Positions 40,002 to 53,236 of a stretch of DNA of 64,000 nucleotides are shown here, one piece after another (the first letter of the stretch is position 1; the number at the start of each line of letters is the position of its first letter). Origin of the DNA: Eledone cirrhosa (Eukaryota); assembly GCA_964016885.1 (NCBI GenBank), contig OZ024749.1, positions 22,940,001-23,004,000 on the forward strand, read 5' to 3'. The notes under the pieces are model-generated. The model was not told where the DNA came from. It did no database searches and was given only the letters and a program-made list of their open reading frames with translations. Position numbers and translations under genes: made by a program.

Positions 40002-40065
<64 letters not shown>

Positions 40066-40866
40066 GATTATAAAGAAAGAAGAAACATTAGACATAAATA
40101 AAAAATAAATAAATACCCAATATTCCTTTACATTCTCGACTGCGCAGTTTCGTGGCTCCTTTGCAAAGACACTACATCATAGAGATGCAGTCTTTCTGTG
40201 AGGTTTGCCAACTTATCAAGAGAATACGTCATTTAAAGTTTCAAAATACATCTGCAAGGCACGAGAGGGAACCCGGAAAGCCAGAGGGGAACTTATCACG
40301 TGATTCAGTGGTCAAGAAACAGAGTTAAGACTCTCACAACCAAGAGAAAAATACCACAATGGCGGGGGGCGGGGTATTAATAATATCCAGGCTACAGACG
40401 AGGTGGCTAAGGAGGGCTAGAAGTGTAAATAGTGTAAGCTTGACAGCAGTCACTATACTTCCGTGGTTACTCTACCGTAGGGAATTATAGACAATATAAA
40501 GAAATACACAGATACATGCGAACACATACATATATATGCATATACGCACATATATCTCTGAATTTGTGTATATAAAATTGAACTCTTCTAACGATTTCAC
40601 TCATGCTAGGCCAGACTAACACCAGTTTTCCTCGAAATCCCGAGTTTACTGAGTATTTATTTACCTCGGTTTATAAGAAAATCTTATTTTAGTTTATGTA
40701 AATCTTTTCTATAAAGTGTATATTTTGGTGTCCCTTCATTTTATAAATATAAATCGATATATTGGTATATACATACACCACCCCCATATATATATGTATA
40801 TATCTATATATATATATGCATACACACGCACATCTCTCTCGCTCACTCTCTTTTTTGTTTACAAAC

Positions 40867-40901
<35 letters not shown>

Positions 40902-40944
40902 GTATATACATAATATACATATATATATACATATATATATATAT

Positions 40945-41009
<65 letters not shown>

Positions 41010-41060
41010 TATATATGCATACACACATAGATACATACATACATAGATACATACATACAT

Positions 41061-41131
<71 letters not shown>

Positions 41132-41699
41132 TTTCCACATCGAAACGCCCGCCATTAACAATAAAATATAGGGTTTATTGTCTTGAAGTAAAAATCGAAA
41201 CGGTGTCGCTATATACGAGTTTACTTGACATGGTAATTCCCCTATACCTCCCCCCACCCAACAATAATAACAATAATATCAATAATATCGATACGTGACA
41301 CAACAATCACACATATACGTATTTTGGGGATGCTGGGTGGTAATGCGTGGTATATGCTGAACATTTCACCGAACTAAAATTCTAGACTGGCAGACAAAAT
41401 GTCGATTTTTCTCTCTTTCTCTTCTGTTTTCATTCCTTTGTTTCGTATGACTTCGAAAGATCGATTTTTCTGAGTTCAAATACCGCCCTTCTAAAGTTTG
41501 TCTTTTATCTGATTTGGGGGTCAATAATATATAAATACCAGTTAACAATCTCGGTGGTCAATACAATCGATTTGATTGTGAGCATGAATGTAACAGCAGC
41601 ATTTTGAAACGTTCTAAGGAATCACACAATAATGGCGACACAAAAACAAACAAATAAATAAACAAATAAACAGACACACAGACAAACACATAGGTTTCT

Positions 41700-43960
41700 A
41701 TTAACAATAACATCAACAATAATAACATTACAGCAAAGCAACAACAGCGACATCGCCACCAATAACAATAAGCACAGCTACCACCACTACCACTATTACT
41801 ACCACCGTTACCACCACATCCACCACCACTATCATCATCACCACCAGCATCACCTACATCACCAACATCACCAACACCACCACTACCACCAATATCAGCA
41901 CCACCAACAACACCAGCACCAACAACATCACCAACACCACCACCACCAACATCACCAACATCTCCACCCCAACCACCAACAACTTCACCAGCACCACCAC
42001 TAACCCCACCACCATCACCAACATCACCTACACCACCACTAACACCACTAACACCACCAACACCACCCTACCACCAACACTAATCCCACCACCATCACCA
42101 ACACCACTACTAACACCACCAACATCAACACCACCGCCACCACCAGAAACGCCACCACCACCACTACCGCCACGAACACCACCAACATTACCAACACCAC
42201 CGCCACGACCACCACCAACAACAACAACACCACCGCTAACACCACCAACATCACCAACACCACCACCACAACCATCACCAAAACCACCACCACCACCACC
42301 ACCACCAACATCACCAACACCACCAACACTACCAACACCACCACTACCACCACCACCACCACCACCACCACCACCAACATCACCACCACCCACATCACCA
42401 ACACCGCCAACACCACCAACACCACCACCACGACCACCAACATCACGAACACCACCGCTAACACCACCAACACCACCAACACCACCACAACCAACACACC
42501 AACACGACCACCACCACTACCACCAACATCACTCCCCCAACACCAACACCACTAACAACACCACTAACAACACTAACACCACCACCACCACCACCACCAA
42601 CATCACCAACACCACCACCACCAACACGACCAGCACCACCACCACCAGCACCAGCACCACCACCAGAAACACCACCAACAACACCAACACCACCACCAAC
42701 TCCACCACCACCAACAACAACACCAACACCAACACCACCAACACCAACACCATCACGACGACAACGACCACCACTACAACCCCACCCGAACAACAACAAC
42801 AGCACAATAACCAACAACACGACCACCACCAAGAACACCATCACGACGGCAACGACCACCAACATCGTCAACACTGCTTACAACAACAACAATAACAATG
42901 CCAACAGCAATAACAACCACAACAACTATACTGAAAATCCAACAGCAGTAACAACAAGAACAACATCAACAGCAATGGAAAAATAACAATAACAACAACA
43001 ATAAAAATAAATAAAATTATCCACAAGAAGAACATTTAAAATCGGAAAATATATATAATACCGCCATTAGCAACCCCAACAACAGTAATAACAGGAACAT
43101 CAATAACAACAATAAGAAATACAACAGTAACCAACGGACGGAAGCATTAGCAACAACAGCAGCGACAGCAGCAGCAACAACAGCAACGGCAGCAACAGTT
43201 GTGACACCAAGAGCAACAACAAAAACACATCAACGACAACAGCAAATACAACAACAACAACAACAACAGTAACACCTGTTGTAACAACACCAACAATAAC
43301 AACAACAACAACAACAACAACAACGGTAGGAATAACAACCATCTTAACTACAATAGTAACAGCAAGAACAGTAACAATAACAGTAACAGCAACAACAACA
43401 ACAATAACAGCAATAACAACCATCTTAACTACAATAATAACAGCAACAACAGTAGCAATAACAGTAACGACAATAACAGCAACAACAGCAACAGCAACAG
43501 CAATAACAATAACAACAGTAACAGCAACAACAGTAACAGCACCAACAGCAAAAACAGCACAACAACAACAGTAACAGCAACGACAGTAACATCAACAACA
43601 ACAACCATCTTAACTACAGTAGTAACAGCAACAACAGTAATAATAACAGTAATGACAGTATCAGCAACAATAACAGCAACAGCAATAACAACAACAGTAA
43701 CAACAGTAACAATAACAGCTACAACAGCAACAAAAACACGAACCCCAACAACAATAGCAACGCCAACATTAACAACAACCACAACACCAACAACAACCAC
43801 AATAACTATAGAAGGTACTACAAAATGATTACTGCCGAAAAGAGAGAGTGAGAACACATTTTTTTAAAATGAACAAAAGACACAAAAAAATTAACTACTA
43901 CACAAATAACAACTACAACAACAACAACTTCAATAACAACAACTTAAATAACAAAAATAA
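41700..43960. repeat. Long low-complexity trinucleotide region, (CAC/CAA)n grading into (CAA/CAG/TAA)n
   Basis: Direct reading; strongly C/A-biased plus strand. Confidence 0.9.
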
Positions 43961-44699
43961 CAACTACATATATAGTAGTAAAAAATAAATGAAAATATTT
44001 GCAAGAACGGACGTAACATCTGAATAATTCCGCATTGAAGAGCGAAGCAAGAATTCTCTAGAACGGTCTAATATTGAATAACAAATGAATGATTTTCTCA
44101 TTTATCTCTAGGAGATAGGAGAGAGAAAAAAATGTCTGCATCATGGCGCCAACAAGATAAAATGACTGGACAGAAGAAAAAAATGAACAAGAAAAGAATA
44201 ACATTTTAGAAGAAAAAATAATAAAACAATTTACAACAAAATAACTGAGTATATAAAAAAAAAGACGGACCCGTGCATTAAAAAGCAAACACAAACACAC
44301 ACAAAACCCCCCACAAACATATAAATATAATTGAGAATAAAACGAAAAACAAAACAACAACTGAAAGCAAAATGGCTGAATATATAAAATAAATTGTCCT
44401 TAGAATCATTTGACAGATGCCATTAAATTCTTCAGATGACATTGTTTGCCTCTTAAAGGCCAATAACTGTTTGATGTTACTATCGGTCAACCAGTATACA
44501 TTTCAATGAAAGACAAACTGGAGAATACCCATTTGTTTACCGTTCAATTTTGCGATCTTTTTCATGTTTTATTTTTTGTTTAGATATTTTTACTGATTGC
44601 TTCATTTTAACTTTGCGCTCTTGTTTTGTTTCGCTATTTCTATGTCTCTAAGCATGGTTGTCTCCCTTAGATAAATTTAAATCAACCTTCTATAGCGAG

Positions 44700-45290
44700 C
44701 TCTGTAAAGGTAAGATACCGCTTCACAACCTTAAGCTCAGATTCAAAAATTGTGTAAAGGACTCATTGGAAACCAAATTTGTTTGATGGAGGCTGACTGG
44801 GAGATAAAAGATCTTGAAAAAGAAATGTGGAGTGGAATGGTGAATGATGGAGTCCATGATTTTGAGAACAGACGCATAGAACGCCAGAAGATCAAACGGG
44901 AAGTATGTAAGCAATGCCCTGGTTTTTCTCATGAAACAATCGGTGTCTCCATTGAATTTGCATGCATTGAGAAAATCTGGTCTGGAAAGCCACAGTTGCA
45001 GCCATGTTCAGAGAGAACCAGTGAACTATGATCTTCACGGTATTGGAAAATGTAATGTATGTGGTAAAGAATGTTGATCTGTAGCAGGACTGAAGGGGCA
45101 TGTGAAGGTTCACAGGCAACCTGATGCAAGACCTGATGTCACGGGTCTCCATAGTTGTCATCAATGTACCAAGGAGTGCAAGTCTCTAGCAGGCTTGAAA
45201 GACCAATCCAAGCGTCGCACATATGAATGTAAAAAGCAATTGCAATACTCTTAGCGTGAGTTTACAGTCCTCATCATGTATGTATGTATG
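44700..45290 (+). mobile_element. RTE-clade LINE 3' fragment with two decayed C2H2 fingers
   Basis: KLRFKN..DSL, DWE..W..V..GV..FE..R..KR; CNVCGKEC*SVAGLKGHVKVH; CHQCTKECKSLAGLK; tail TTGCAATACTC..GAGTTTACAG followed by (ATGT)n. Confidence 0.75.
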
Positions 45291-45685
45291 TGAAGAGCGG
45301 AGGAGCTCAGCAGAGTCAACGGCCATCGAAATAGCAGTTTTTTGTGTGTATTTTTTTGTTTTGTTTTTCACATGAGAGTGAAAGGCTCCCAGTTGTTGTC
45401 ACAACCCCTTTCTAGGAGTGGGAAACTCTGAAAAATAAAATCCGTGGCTTCGGAAGCATCCGATGATCTTGACTAGTTCTGTTTTTCGAGGAGTAATTTT
45501 GATGCTCAGAGAGTGGGATTGGTCGAGTGCAAAGCCTTTCCCCACTTAAAAAACCTTCAAAGAATTGCTTGTTCAGGATATGTTACAGGTTCGTGTGGCT
45601 GGCCGCAGCCTAGAAGTGCACCAAACTCTATAATTTGACAAGTGATTGCAATACTCTTATTAGAGTTTGCAGCCATCATGTATGT
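45291..45685 (+). mobile_element. Second bipartite RTE-derived non-autonomous element
   Basis: AGAGTCAACGGCCATC and TTCTAGGAG..AAACTCTGA as in the head of 15461-16069; tail TTGCAATACTCTTA..GAGTTTGCAG..CATCATGTATG matches the adjacent RTE. Confidence 0.6.
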
Positions 45686-46194
45686 ACATATGTATATTTT
45701 TTAAACGATCCAAACTCTCTTTTCTCCTGACATTGTTCTTTTGCGATGAAGAACTATCGTCCGATACGTTGAGGCACTCTTATTTCCTGTTTCCATAAAC
45801 GTGAACGTAATATGACTTCATGCTCTTATTTGTTTTGTAATGTTACCCGAAACTCTGTTCACAGATTTAACTCTTCGGCGAAACTTGTATTTCAATCAAC
45901 TGTCATTTACTGATAATATTTAATAGAATATATAATTTTCTGGGTGCGTATTTAGCAATATTTACTTTGTTTTCAAGCTGGTAAATTTAATTTAACACAC
46001 ATTCAAACTGGCCCAATAGTACGGCTTACATAACAGGGAAAAGAAATCCCTGTTTGATATTGTGAAATGGGTAACATAATTGTCGCTATTCGACTGGTGT
46101 GCGTGCGTGTCCCTAGCTAGCTAACTAGATTGATAGAGATAAAGAAAGAGGGGCTGAGATGTGAAAGAGAAATATAGATAGGTAGAGGTATATT

Positions 46195-46263
<69 letters not shown>

Positions 46264-46384
46264 AATATAGATAATCTTCACACAAAAAGCTTACAACGAA
46301 AGCAGAAAGTATACTTAAGTTAAGAGTCACAGAAACCTCCCATTGGATTTTACCACCACTTTCCGGGAAGGTCCAGGTAATTAT

Positions 46385-46590
46385 TTGTTAACCTGTTTAG
46401 CTTGTTCGTTTTTTCGGCTAACGTGGCTTATTAACTTAACAACCACTGTTTTCATTGTGTCTGGCCTTTATAACACATGTTAATTGGTCTGGTTTCTTCG
46501 TAGTCCATTGGGAGCTTGCCGGCATTTCTCGAAGAGTGCGTTTCGTTTTGTTTTGGCCACCGCCGAAATACGATCTCGCTGAATTTTTAT
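46385..46590. repeat. Unclassified interspersed repeat (see 17255-17465)
   Basis: Collinear similarity by eye. Confidence 0.65.
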
Positions 46591-46592
46591 TC

Positions 46593-46643
<51 letters not shown>

Positions 46644-47062
46644 TAGTATATTTACCAACATATGCGTACATATGTACACTAATGCTAGCAAATACATAAG
46701 TTATGTCATAGTACCTACGAATCGTAGCAACGAGCGACGACACGCTTGTACGCTTGTACGCTTGTGTGGTAAGTATGGCGGATGAAACGTGCATTGTTCT
46801 ATATCGACCAACCAAGCCAATCAAATCTCACAATCAAAGACGAGACGAGAGTAGGGATGATTTCAGTTCGGCCATTTCTAAGTAATTACCATAAGTAGGT
46901 TGTAAGACCTTGTAGATGTACTGAGATATAATAAGATAAGTGTCTTTTGAAAGAACAAAGAAATGAAACAATAGAAGATGAAAGGGCAAAAGAAAAAAAA
47001 CATTAGAAGGAAATGACGTGGAAGGGATGAAAGTGAGCAGCAAGGGGGAAACAAAGAATAGA

Positions 47063-47108
<46 letters not shown>

Positions 47109-47209
47109 TATATATATAAACATATATATATATACACATATATATGTATATGTATATATACACACACACACACACACATATATATATAAATATATATACG
47201 TATATACGT

Positions 47210-47248
<39 letters not shown>

Positions 47249-47273
47249 CACACACACACATATATATATAAAC

Positions 47274-47343
<70 letters not shown>

Positions 47344-47376
47344 TTATACATATATATATATATATATATATGTAAT

Positions 47377-47407
<31 letters not shown>

Positions 47408-47453
47408 GTATGTATGTATATATATATATATATAAATATACATATGTATATAC

Positions 47454-47498
<45 letters not shown>

Positions 47499-48207
47499 CG
47501 TGTATATAGATGCACAACATATATATTATCGAAAGAAAACAAAAGAAATTATTGTTTTGGGAAACAGTAGAGTGTAATGAGTGTTACGATCAAAGGGATG
47601 AATATACATTTAAGTATTACGGACTGTAATAAAGATAAGATAAGTTGTTTTGGTTGTTGTTCTTTCTGACGATGTATTTGTCCTATCGTATTAATTTTGA
47701 AAGTTTCGTCATTGAACACGAGAACAAATATAGTTCACCTTGTCAAAACGTCTGTCTGGGATATATAGACGGTAAGAATTTATATTTTATAGTTTATTTT
47801 TCCTTAAACAAGACCCTACCAACATCATCAACAAGACTAATACAATATGCTCAACAACAGTTTAAAATGTTAAACGTCTTGATGGCGTCTCTATGTTTCT
47901 ATCAGGTTTTTAGTATCCATGGAACATCAGAAGCCACTGAAAATTGACATCGCTTGCTTGTGAACAGATGCATAAACGAAGAAAATCTTGCATTTGTTTT
48001 AATTGCCATAAAACATTCGATGAAACATTTTTGAACAATCCATGTTTTTTTTTTCATAGAATCCACACCACCCGATGCTCATAGTTTCCGATCATCAGAG
48101 AATTATTGCTGTGTAGTCAGATAATCATTAGAAACGGTAAATTTCGAGAGAATCCATCTGTTGCGTGAGAGTGAGAGATAGATAGAGAGATAGAGAGATG
48201 GATAGAT

Positions 48208-48296
<89 letters not shown>

Positions 48297-48386
48297 GAGG
48301 AAGAGAAGATTGGGACATTGATAGATAGACAGAGAGAAATAGAGAGAGGATGAGAGGGAGTGAGAGAAAGCAAGAAGGATAGAGAG

Positions 48387-48480
<94 letters not shown>

Positions 48481-48645
48481 AAAGGTATTCAAACAACCAT
48501 GGCAATTTTCACATTCATGCAGAAATACAGAGGTTCAGAGATTTAAGGAAAAAGAAAAACACAACAAAACCGTTGAACTACATTAAAACCCCTCGGAATA
48601 CTACTACAGTTGTTCCGATATTAAAGAGCCACGTGAAGTAGTTAT

Positions 48646-48680
<35 letters not shown>

Positions 48681-48688
48681 ACTAACTA

Positions 48689-48761
<73 letters not shown>

Positions 48762-48763
<2 letters not shown>

Positions 48764-48850
48764 GATGCTGTTTGGACAGTTTGAAGAGAAAGAAAGAGGC
48801 AACGACTTGATCCCCGAGGCGGAACAAACTAAAACATTCTGGAGAGGAAT
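48762..48850 (+). mobile_element. Internal ~90-bp R4/Dong family A fragment following (TAA)n
   Basis: Reverse complement of about 7219-7308. Confidence 0.8.
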
Positions 48851-48947
48851 ACTTAAAAAATTCCCCGAGGCCTTTGCCAAATACAAAAGTATCTGTGTTC
48901 ATTCTTTTCAGAAAACATAACAAAATGCTTGCCCTTCCTGGCCAATG

Positions 48948-49225
48948 GAAGGCAGCCTAGCGATCTTTAAAGTGGACTTAGATGTGACTGTATAGTTTAT
49001 CTAGATCCAGAAATCATGGGATCCATTCCTGGCCTGGCTTGTGTTTTGTTTTCTTGAACAAATCACTTCATTTCACGTTGCTCCAGTATACTCAACTGAA
49101 AATGAATACCAGCAGTAGCTGGGACTTCAACCTTGCGATAGACTGTCATCCTCTCCAGGTGTCAGTCTTGTACTCTCACTTAACACCACATAAAACAGGA
49201 AAAGCACCATCCTGGTAGGTGCGTC
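48948..49225 (+). mobile_element. Decayed copy of the 18184-18470 SINE
   Basis: CACTTCATTTCACGTTGCTCCAG..ACTCA.CTGAAAATGA.TACCAGCA.TAGCTGG is shared. Confidence 0.7.
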
Positions 49226-49870
49226 AAACCAATTGCGTCTACATATTGTCCAGGAGAACATGGTAGGTTACATACAAAGATACGGTTCGGACATGGAAAA
49301 TAAATACCAATTCCTTCCTTGACATGTGGTACAAGGAAAGTGGTAAAAGGTTAGATCTGACCAAGTCTTGTGCGAGGCAGGGGTGGGGGGCATCATTGAT
49401 GCATTCGACATCAAAACCAAAAATTATAATGGACTGGTAGAACTCTGTGTAACTAGCAGATGAAAGGAATCATGTCTCAATATAGACATAGGTGTCAGGG
49501 ATTTGTCAGAATGAGGTTGAACACGATTTTCAGAGACCTGACTAGCTGCAAACGAAAGGAACTATCTTTTGAGGAAGTTATTAGTGGTTGGGGGGGGGGG
49601 GGAGGATTCACTGCACCTGACTAAAAAAAGAAAGCAAATGATACGGCTGACACATTAGATCACGGCGCCAGACTAATCTAATCTCCTGCTGTTGTGCACG
49701 AATGTTATTACCTACGTCAGCAGCAGCAGCTGATCCGAAGTAGCTTTGGTGTCGTGGTGGTAAACAGCTGGAAAGTTGCTTCAACGCCCGAGGAAACAAC
49801 ACCTCATGCACTCATGCATTTCAGAACCTGTATTCATCTGCACCTTCATATCATAAGTGTTGTTATTCCA

Positions 49871-50000
<130 letters not shown>

Positions 50001-50030
50001 TTTTGGACACTCTGCTTCGTAGAATCGAGA

Positions 50031-50121
50031 TGTATCTGAGGACCTTGCGCTTTCAGTGTCAGGTTCGATCATTATATTGATCGTGCCTCGAGCTGTTCGC
50101 CAGAGAAACGATCGTAATATG
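50031..50121 (+). ncRNA. Type I hammerhead motif with extended stem II
   Basis: UGUAU CUGAGGA [~60-nt interrupted hairpin capped by CGAUCA..UGAUCG] GAAAC-GAUC-GUA AUAUG. Confidence 0.6.
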
Positions 50122-50164
50122 TCAAAAAAGGTATTCACCGCAACACTGATTCTACCTTTCTTAT

Positions 50165-50254
<90 letters not shown>

Positions 50255-50500
50255 TACTGCAGTAAAAGTTAAGTGGAAATATCCATGAGTAAGTGCACTC
50301 AGTCCACAGTTGAGTTTAGTATAAATAATTACAACAGTGACATAAACAAGTACTCAAGTTTCGTTGGGTTCTGGGCCCCAATTTCTTCGACCTACCTTGA
50401 AGAAATATATATATATATATATATAAATGACCGGAACAAGTAATCATCAACACTCTTTTAAATAAATAAATAAAACGATTTAAAAATTCAACTTTCTATT

Positions 50501-50580
50501 GCTGTTACCGACGGTTTCACTAATCAAAACATTAGAAATTCAGAGAATTTCCAATGGAAAGAATTAGATCTTCAGACAGC
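50501..50580 (-). ncRNA. Type I hammerhead ribozyme motif
   Basis: GCUGU CUGAAGA UCUAAUU..CAUUGGAAAUUC-UCU-GAAUUUCUAAUG..GAUUAGU GAAA CCG-U-CGG UA ACAGC. Confidence 0.75.
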
Positions 50581-52059
50581 TATTTCCATACCATAAGGGT
50601 ATAAAACCCTCATAGTAAGAGAATATATCGCTTCCTGCCCGTTGCATGGGATCAGGCCGTTAAAGTGACCTACACACAGAAATAGGCCATTATTTATTTA
50701 TTTTTTTTATTTTTATTGTTTTCTTATTGTTCTGATAGCTTCTCATATTTTCGAAAGTTTATCCTTTCAATATTTTGAATTAAATATACGTAAGATAAAT
50801 TTCTATACTAAATCTATTAAACATACTATTATTTTAACTTAAAATATTCTATAATATTTTAAAATTGTATTGCTTTTAAAGTTATATTGCTACAATTATA
50901 TTTCCAAATTGTAATATAATCCTTTTGTATTTTATGTACTCAATTATACTATGTACTGTATTGATGTATACTTCTCTCTATATGTGATTATATATGTACA
51001 TGTGTATATTGACATACAGGTACATATGTTCTATGCGTTTTTATGAATATATGTCTGTCTCTATGTATATGTATGCGTGATGCGTATCTACCTATTGGTT
51101 GAGGGTACACACACATATATATATATATGTATATGTGAGAATTATATATGTACATGTGCGTGTATATCCATACAATTTGATTGCACTTATGTATAATGTT
51201 TATCCCAATGATTCCTGACAGATAGACATATAATTAACAGCCATAAATACATAACAGGTAATCTTATATATATATATAAAACATTTTTTATTTAATAACA
51301 TAAAGTGTGTATAACATTAAAATAAAGAATCCTTTATGCTCTGTGTGTATATATTATATACGTAGTTAGATATGGTATGTATTTTATAAGTGTGTATATA
51401 TATTTATATGTATTTTCGCGTGTGTATACGTGTTATATGATATGTAGTTCTCTAGCAATATATGGATTTCTTAATGTATAGATCTCAATTTTTAATATAT
51501 TGTTTCCAATTTTTAAATGATTAACTAAACATCTAATCATATTTAAACAATGATTAATTTCTCATATTATATATGTATATTCCATTCATGATTATTAACA
51601 TTTCTTATTTTATTTATTCATTTCATCTCAATTGTTAAGTTAACTCAACAAGATATGACTTAGTGTTTTCGTTCTCTCCCCTTCTCTCTGTCTCCTCTCT
51701 ATCTCTATATTGTTCTCTCTCTGTTGTTTTGGTATTTCTCTCTCTTTTCTCTCTTTTTCTTTTTTTTTCTTTCTTTCTCTCTTTTCCTCTCTCTCCTTCT
51801 TTTTCTTTCTCTGTAACCCAACGGCTTATTTTAAAAATAAAAACATACAATACTAAGAATAATATAAGTAAACTCCACTATCCGGGAGCTTCCAACAGTA
51901 ATGGTTGCATTTTTTAAGGTTATGTCAATATTTATTTATAAAACTGATCTATATTGTATTTTGTCTGATGAAAGCACACCATAATTTAACGTGGTGTCCT
52001 TGAAATATGGTTTTATAAATATGGTTTCCATTTGTTAATATCGTATATATATATATATA

Positions 52060-52770
52060 TAGGAATAAGTTTAACGCCGACGGCAGACCACAAGCCGTTT
52101 CGACGGCTATTTCTGGTAGTCGGGGTTAAACTTATTCCTATATATATAAAATAATTAAGTCAAATAGGTAAAATGTGGCTTCGTTTATTATAAATTATAT
52201 AGCAGTATATCTATAATTTATAATATACGAAACCAAATATTTGACTTAATTATTTTACATTACTCCGGAGTAAACAAACCAACCTGCGTATTTCGTCGAG
52301 TGCTCCAATCTGCATACTGAGGTGTCGGTAATCAACCAACATATACAACAAAAAAAAAAAATATATATATATATACACAGAGATATCCACGGTAAGTTGT
52401 GGGGTCCAGTCTGGATGAAGAACTCAATGTAATACATATGTTGAAAATGTTGTATGTTAAAATAAATCCCGGAAAACAATAAAACATTAAAAGGAAAACT
52501 GTCATGATATAAGTTAAAACAATGAAATAAAAAAGCAAGTCATTAGAAATATATTTCTCTGCTTTACGATCGTTTCTAGGTGCTGATAATACATCGTAAC
52601 TATACTTCATTATCGATCTATGTAAAGTTAGTTACACAATATCAGATAAGGAAAATATTTACTTACATGTATATCACCAGCTGTTGTCAAAAGCAAATGA
52701 CCTAGAAACGATCGTAAAAGAGTGAAGTATATTTGTAATTACTTGATTTTTTATTTCATTGTTTTAACTT
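52060..52770. mobile_element. Three adjacent pLTR-like fold-back elements
   Basis: Inverted repeats 52060-52140, 52151-52253 and 52511-52770, related to 31379-31507, 26370-26960 and 26105-26330 respectively. Confidence 0.65.
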
Positions 52771-52792
52771 ATATATATATATACACACACAC

Positions 52793-52849
<57 letters not shown>

Positions 52850-52850
<1 letters not shown>

Positions 52851-53202
52851 TCCTGATTGTGGATGTGGCCTGCCCGTTCGACACGAGAGTGCAAGAGAAG
52901 GAGAGGGAGAAAATTAACCGATACCAGGACCTAAAGTGGGAGGTGAAAAGGATTTGGAACTGCCATGAAGTCAAAGTGATCCCGATTGTCATAGGCGCAC
53001 TGGGGACTATCTCCAAAAGTTTCCAGGGATGGTTAAAGAAAATCGGCCCCTTCACGCTTTTTGGAACGCTTCAAAAGGCATGCTTGCTTGGAACAGCAAG
53101 AACCCTCCGATACGTCCTGAATATCTGAGGCTGCAGGTAGTGGCTTGATATTCAATCCAACGGACTTTCCAGTTGACCAACATCAATGACTGAGATTCAA
53201 GG
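52850..53202 (+). mobile_element. R4/Dong family A 3' fragment flanked by (TAA)n
   Basis: DVACPFDTRV..KINRYQDL..PIVIGALG; 3' UTR matches the reverse complement of 4868-4945. Confidence 0.9.
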
Positions 53203-53236
53203 AATAACAACAATAATAATAATAATAATAAGAAGA

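Larger units (their letters stand above)
35143..40008 (-). mobile_element. Penelope-like element (PLE) within a fold-back structure with ~0.7-kb inverted arms
   Basis: Arms 35209-35875 and 39297-40008; RT + GIY-YIG on the minus strand; hammerheads at 35245-35298, 36994-37048 and 39919-39972; (TA)n on both sides. Confidence 0.8.

Noticed and set aside
40357-41640. YY1-like AATGGCG motifs and a GC box as a promoter
   Set aside because: Short motifs expected by chance, with no downstream gene supported
41780-43857. Gly/Val-rich or Thr/Pro/Gln-rich ORFs as a structural or mucin-like protein
   Set aside because: Degenerate trinucleotide repeats with no signal peptide, domain or supportable splice structure; RNA-seq would be needed
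45740-48100. Faint hammerhead-like strings at about 45742-45773(+) and 48078-48100(-)
   Set aside because: Multiple core or stem defects; not distinguishable from chance by eye
49560-49860. GC-richer unique stretch, possible exon
   Set aside because: No convincing ORF or motif
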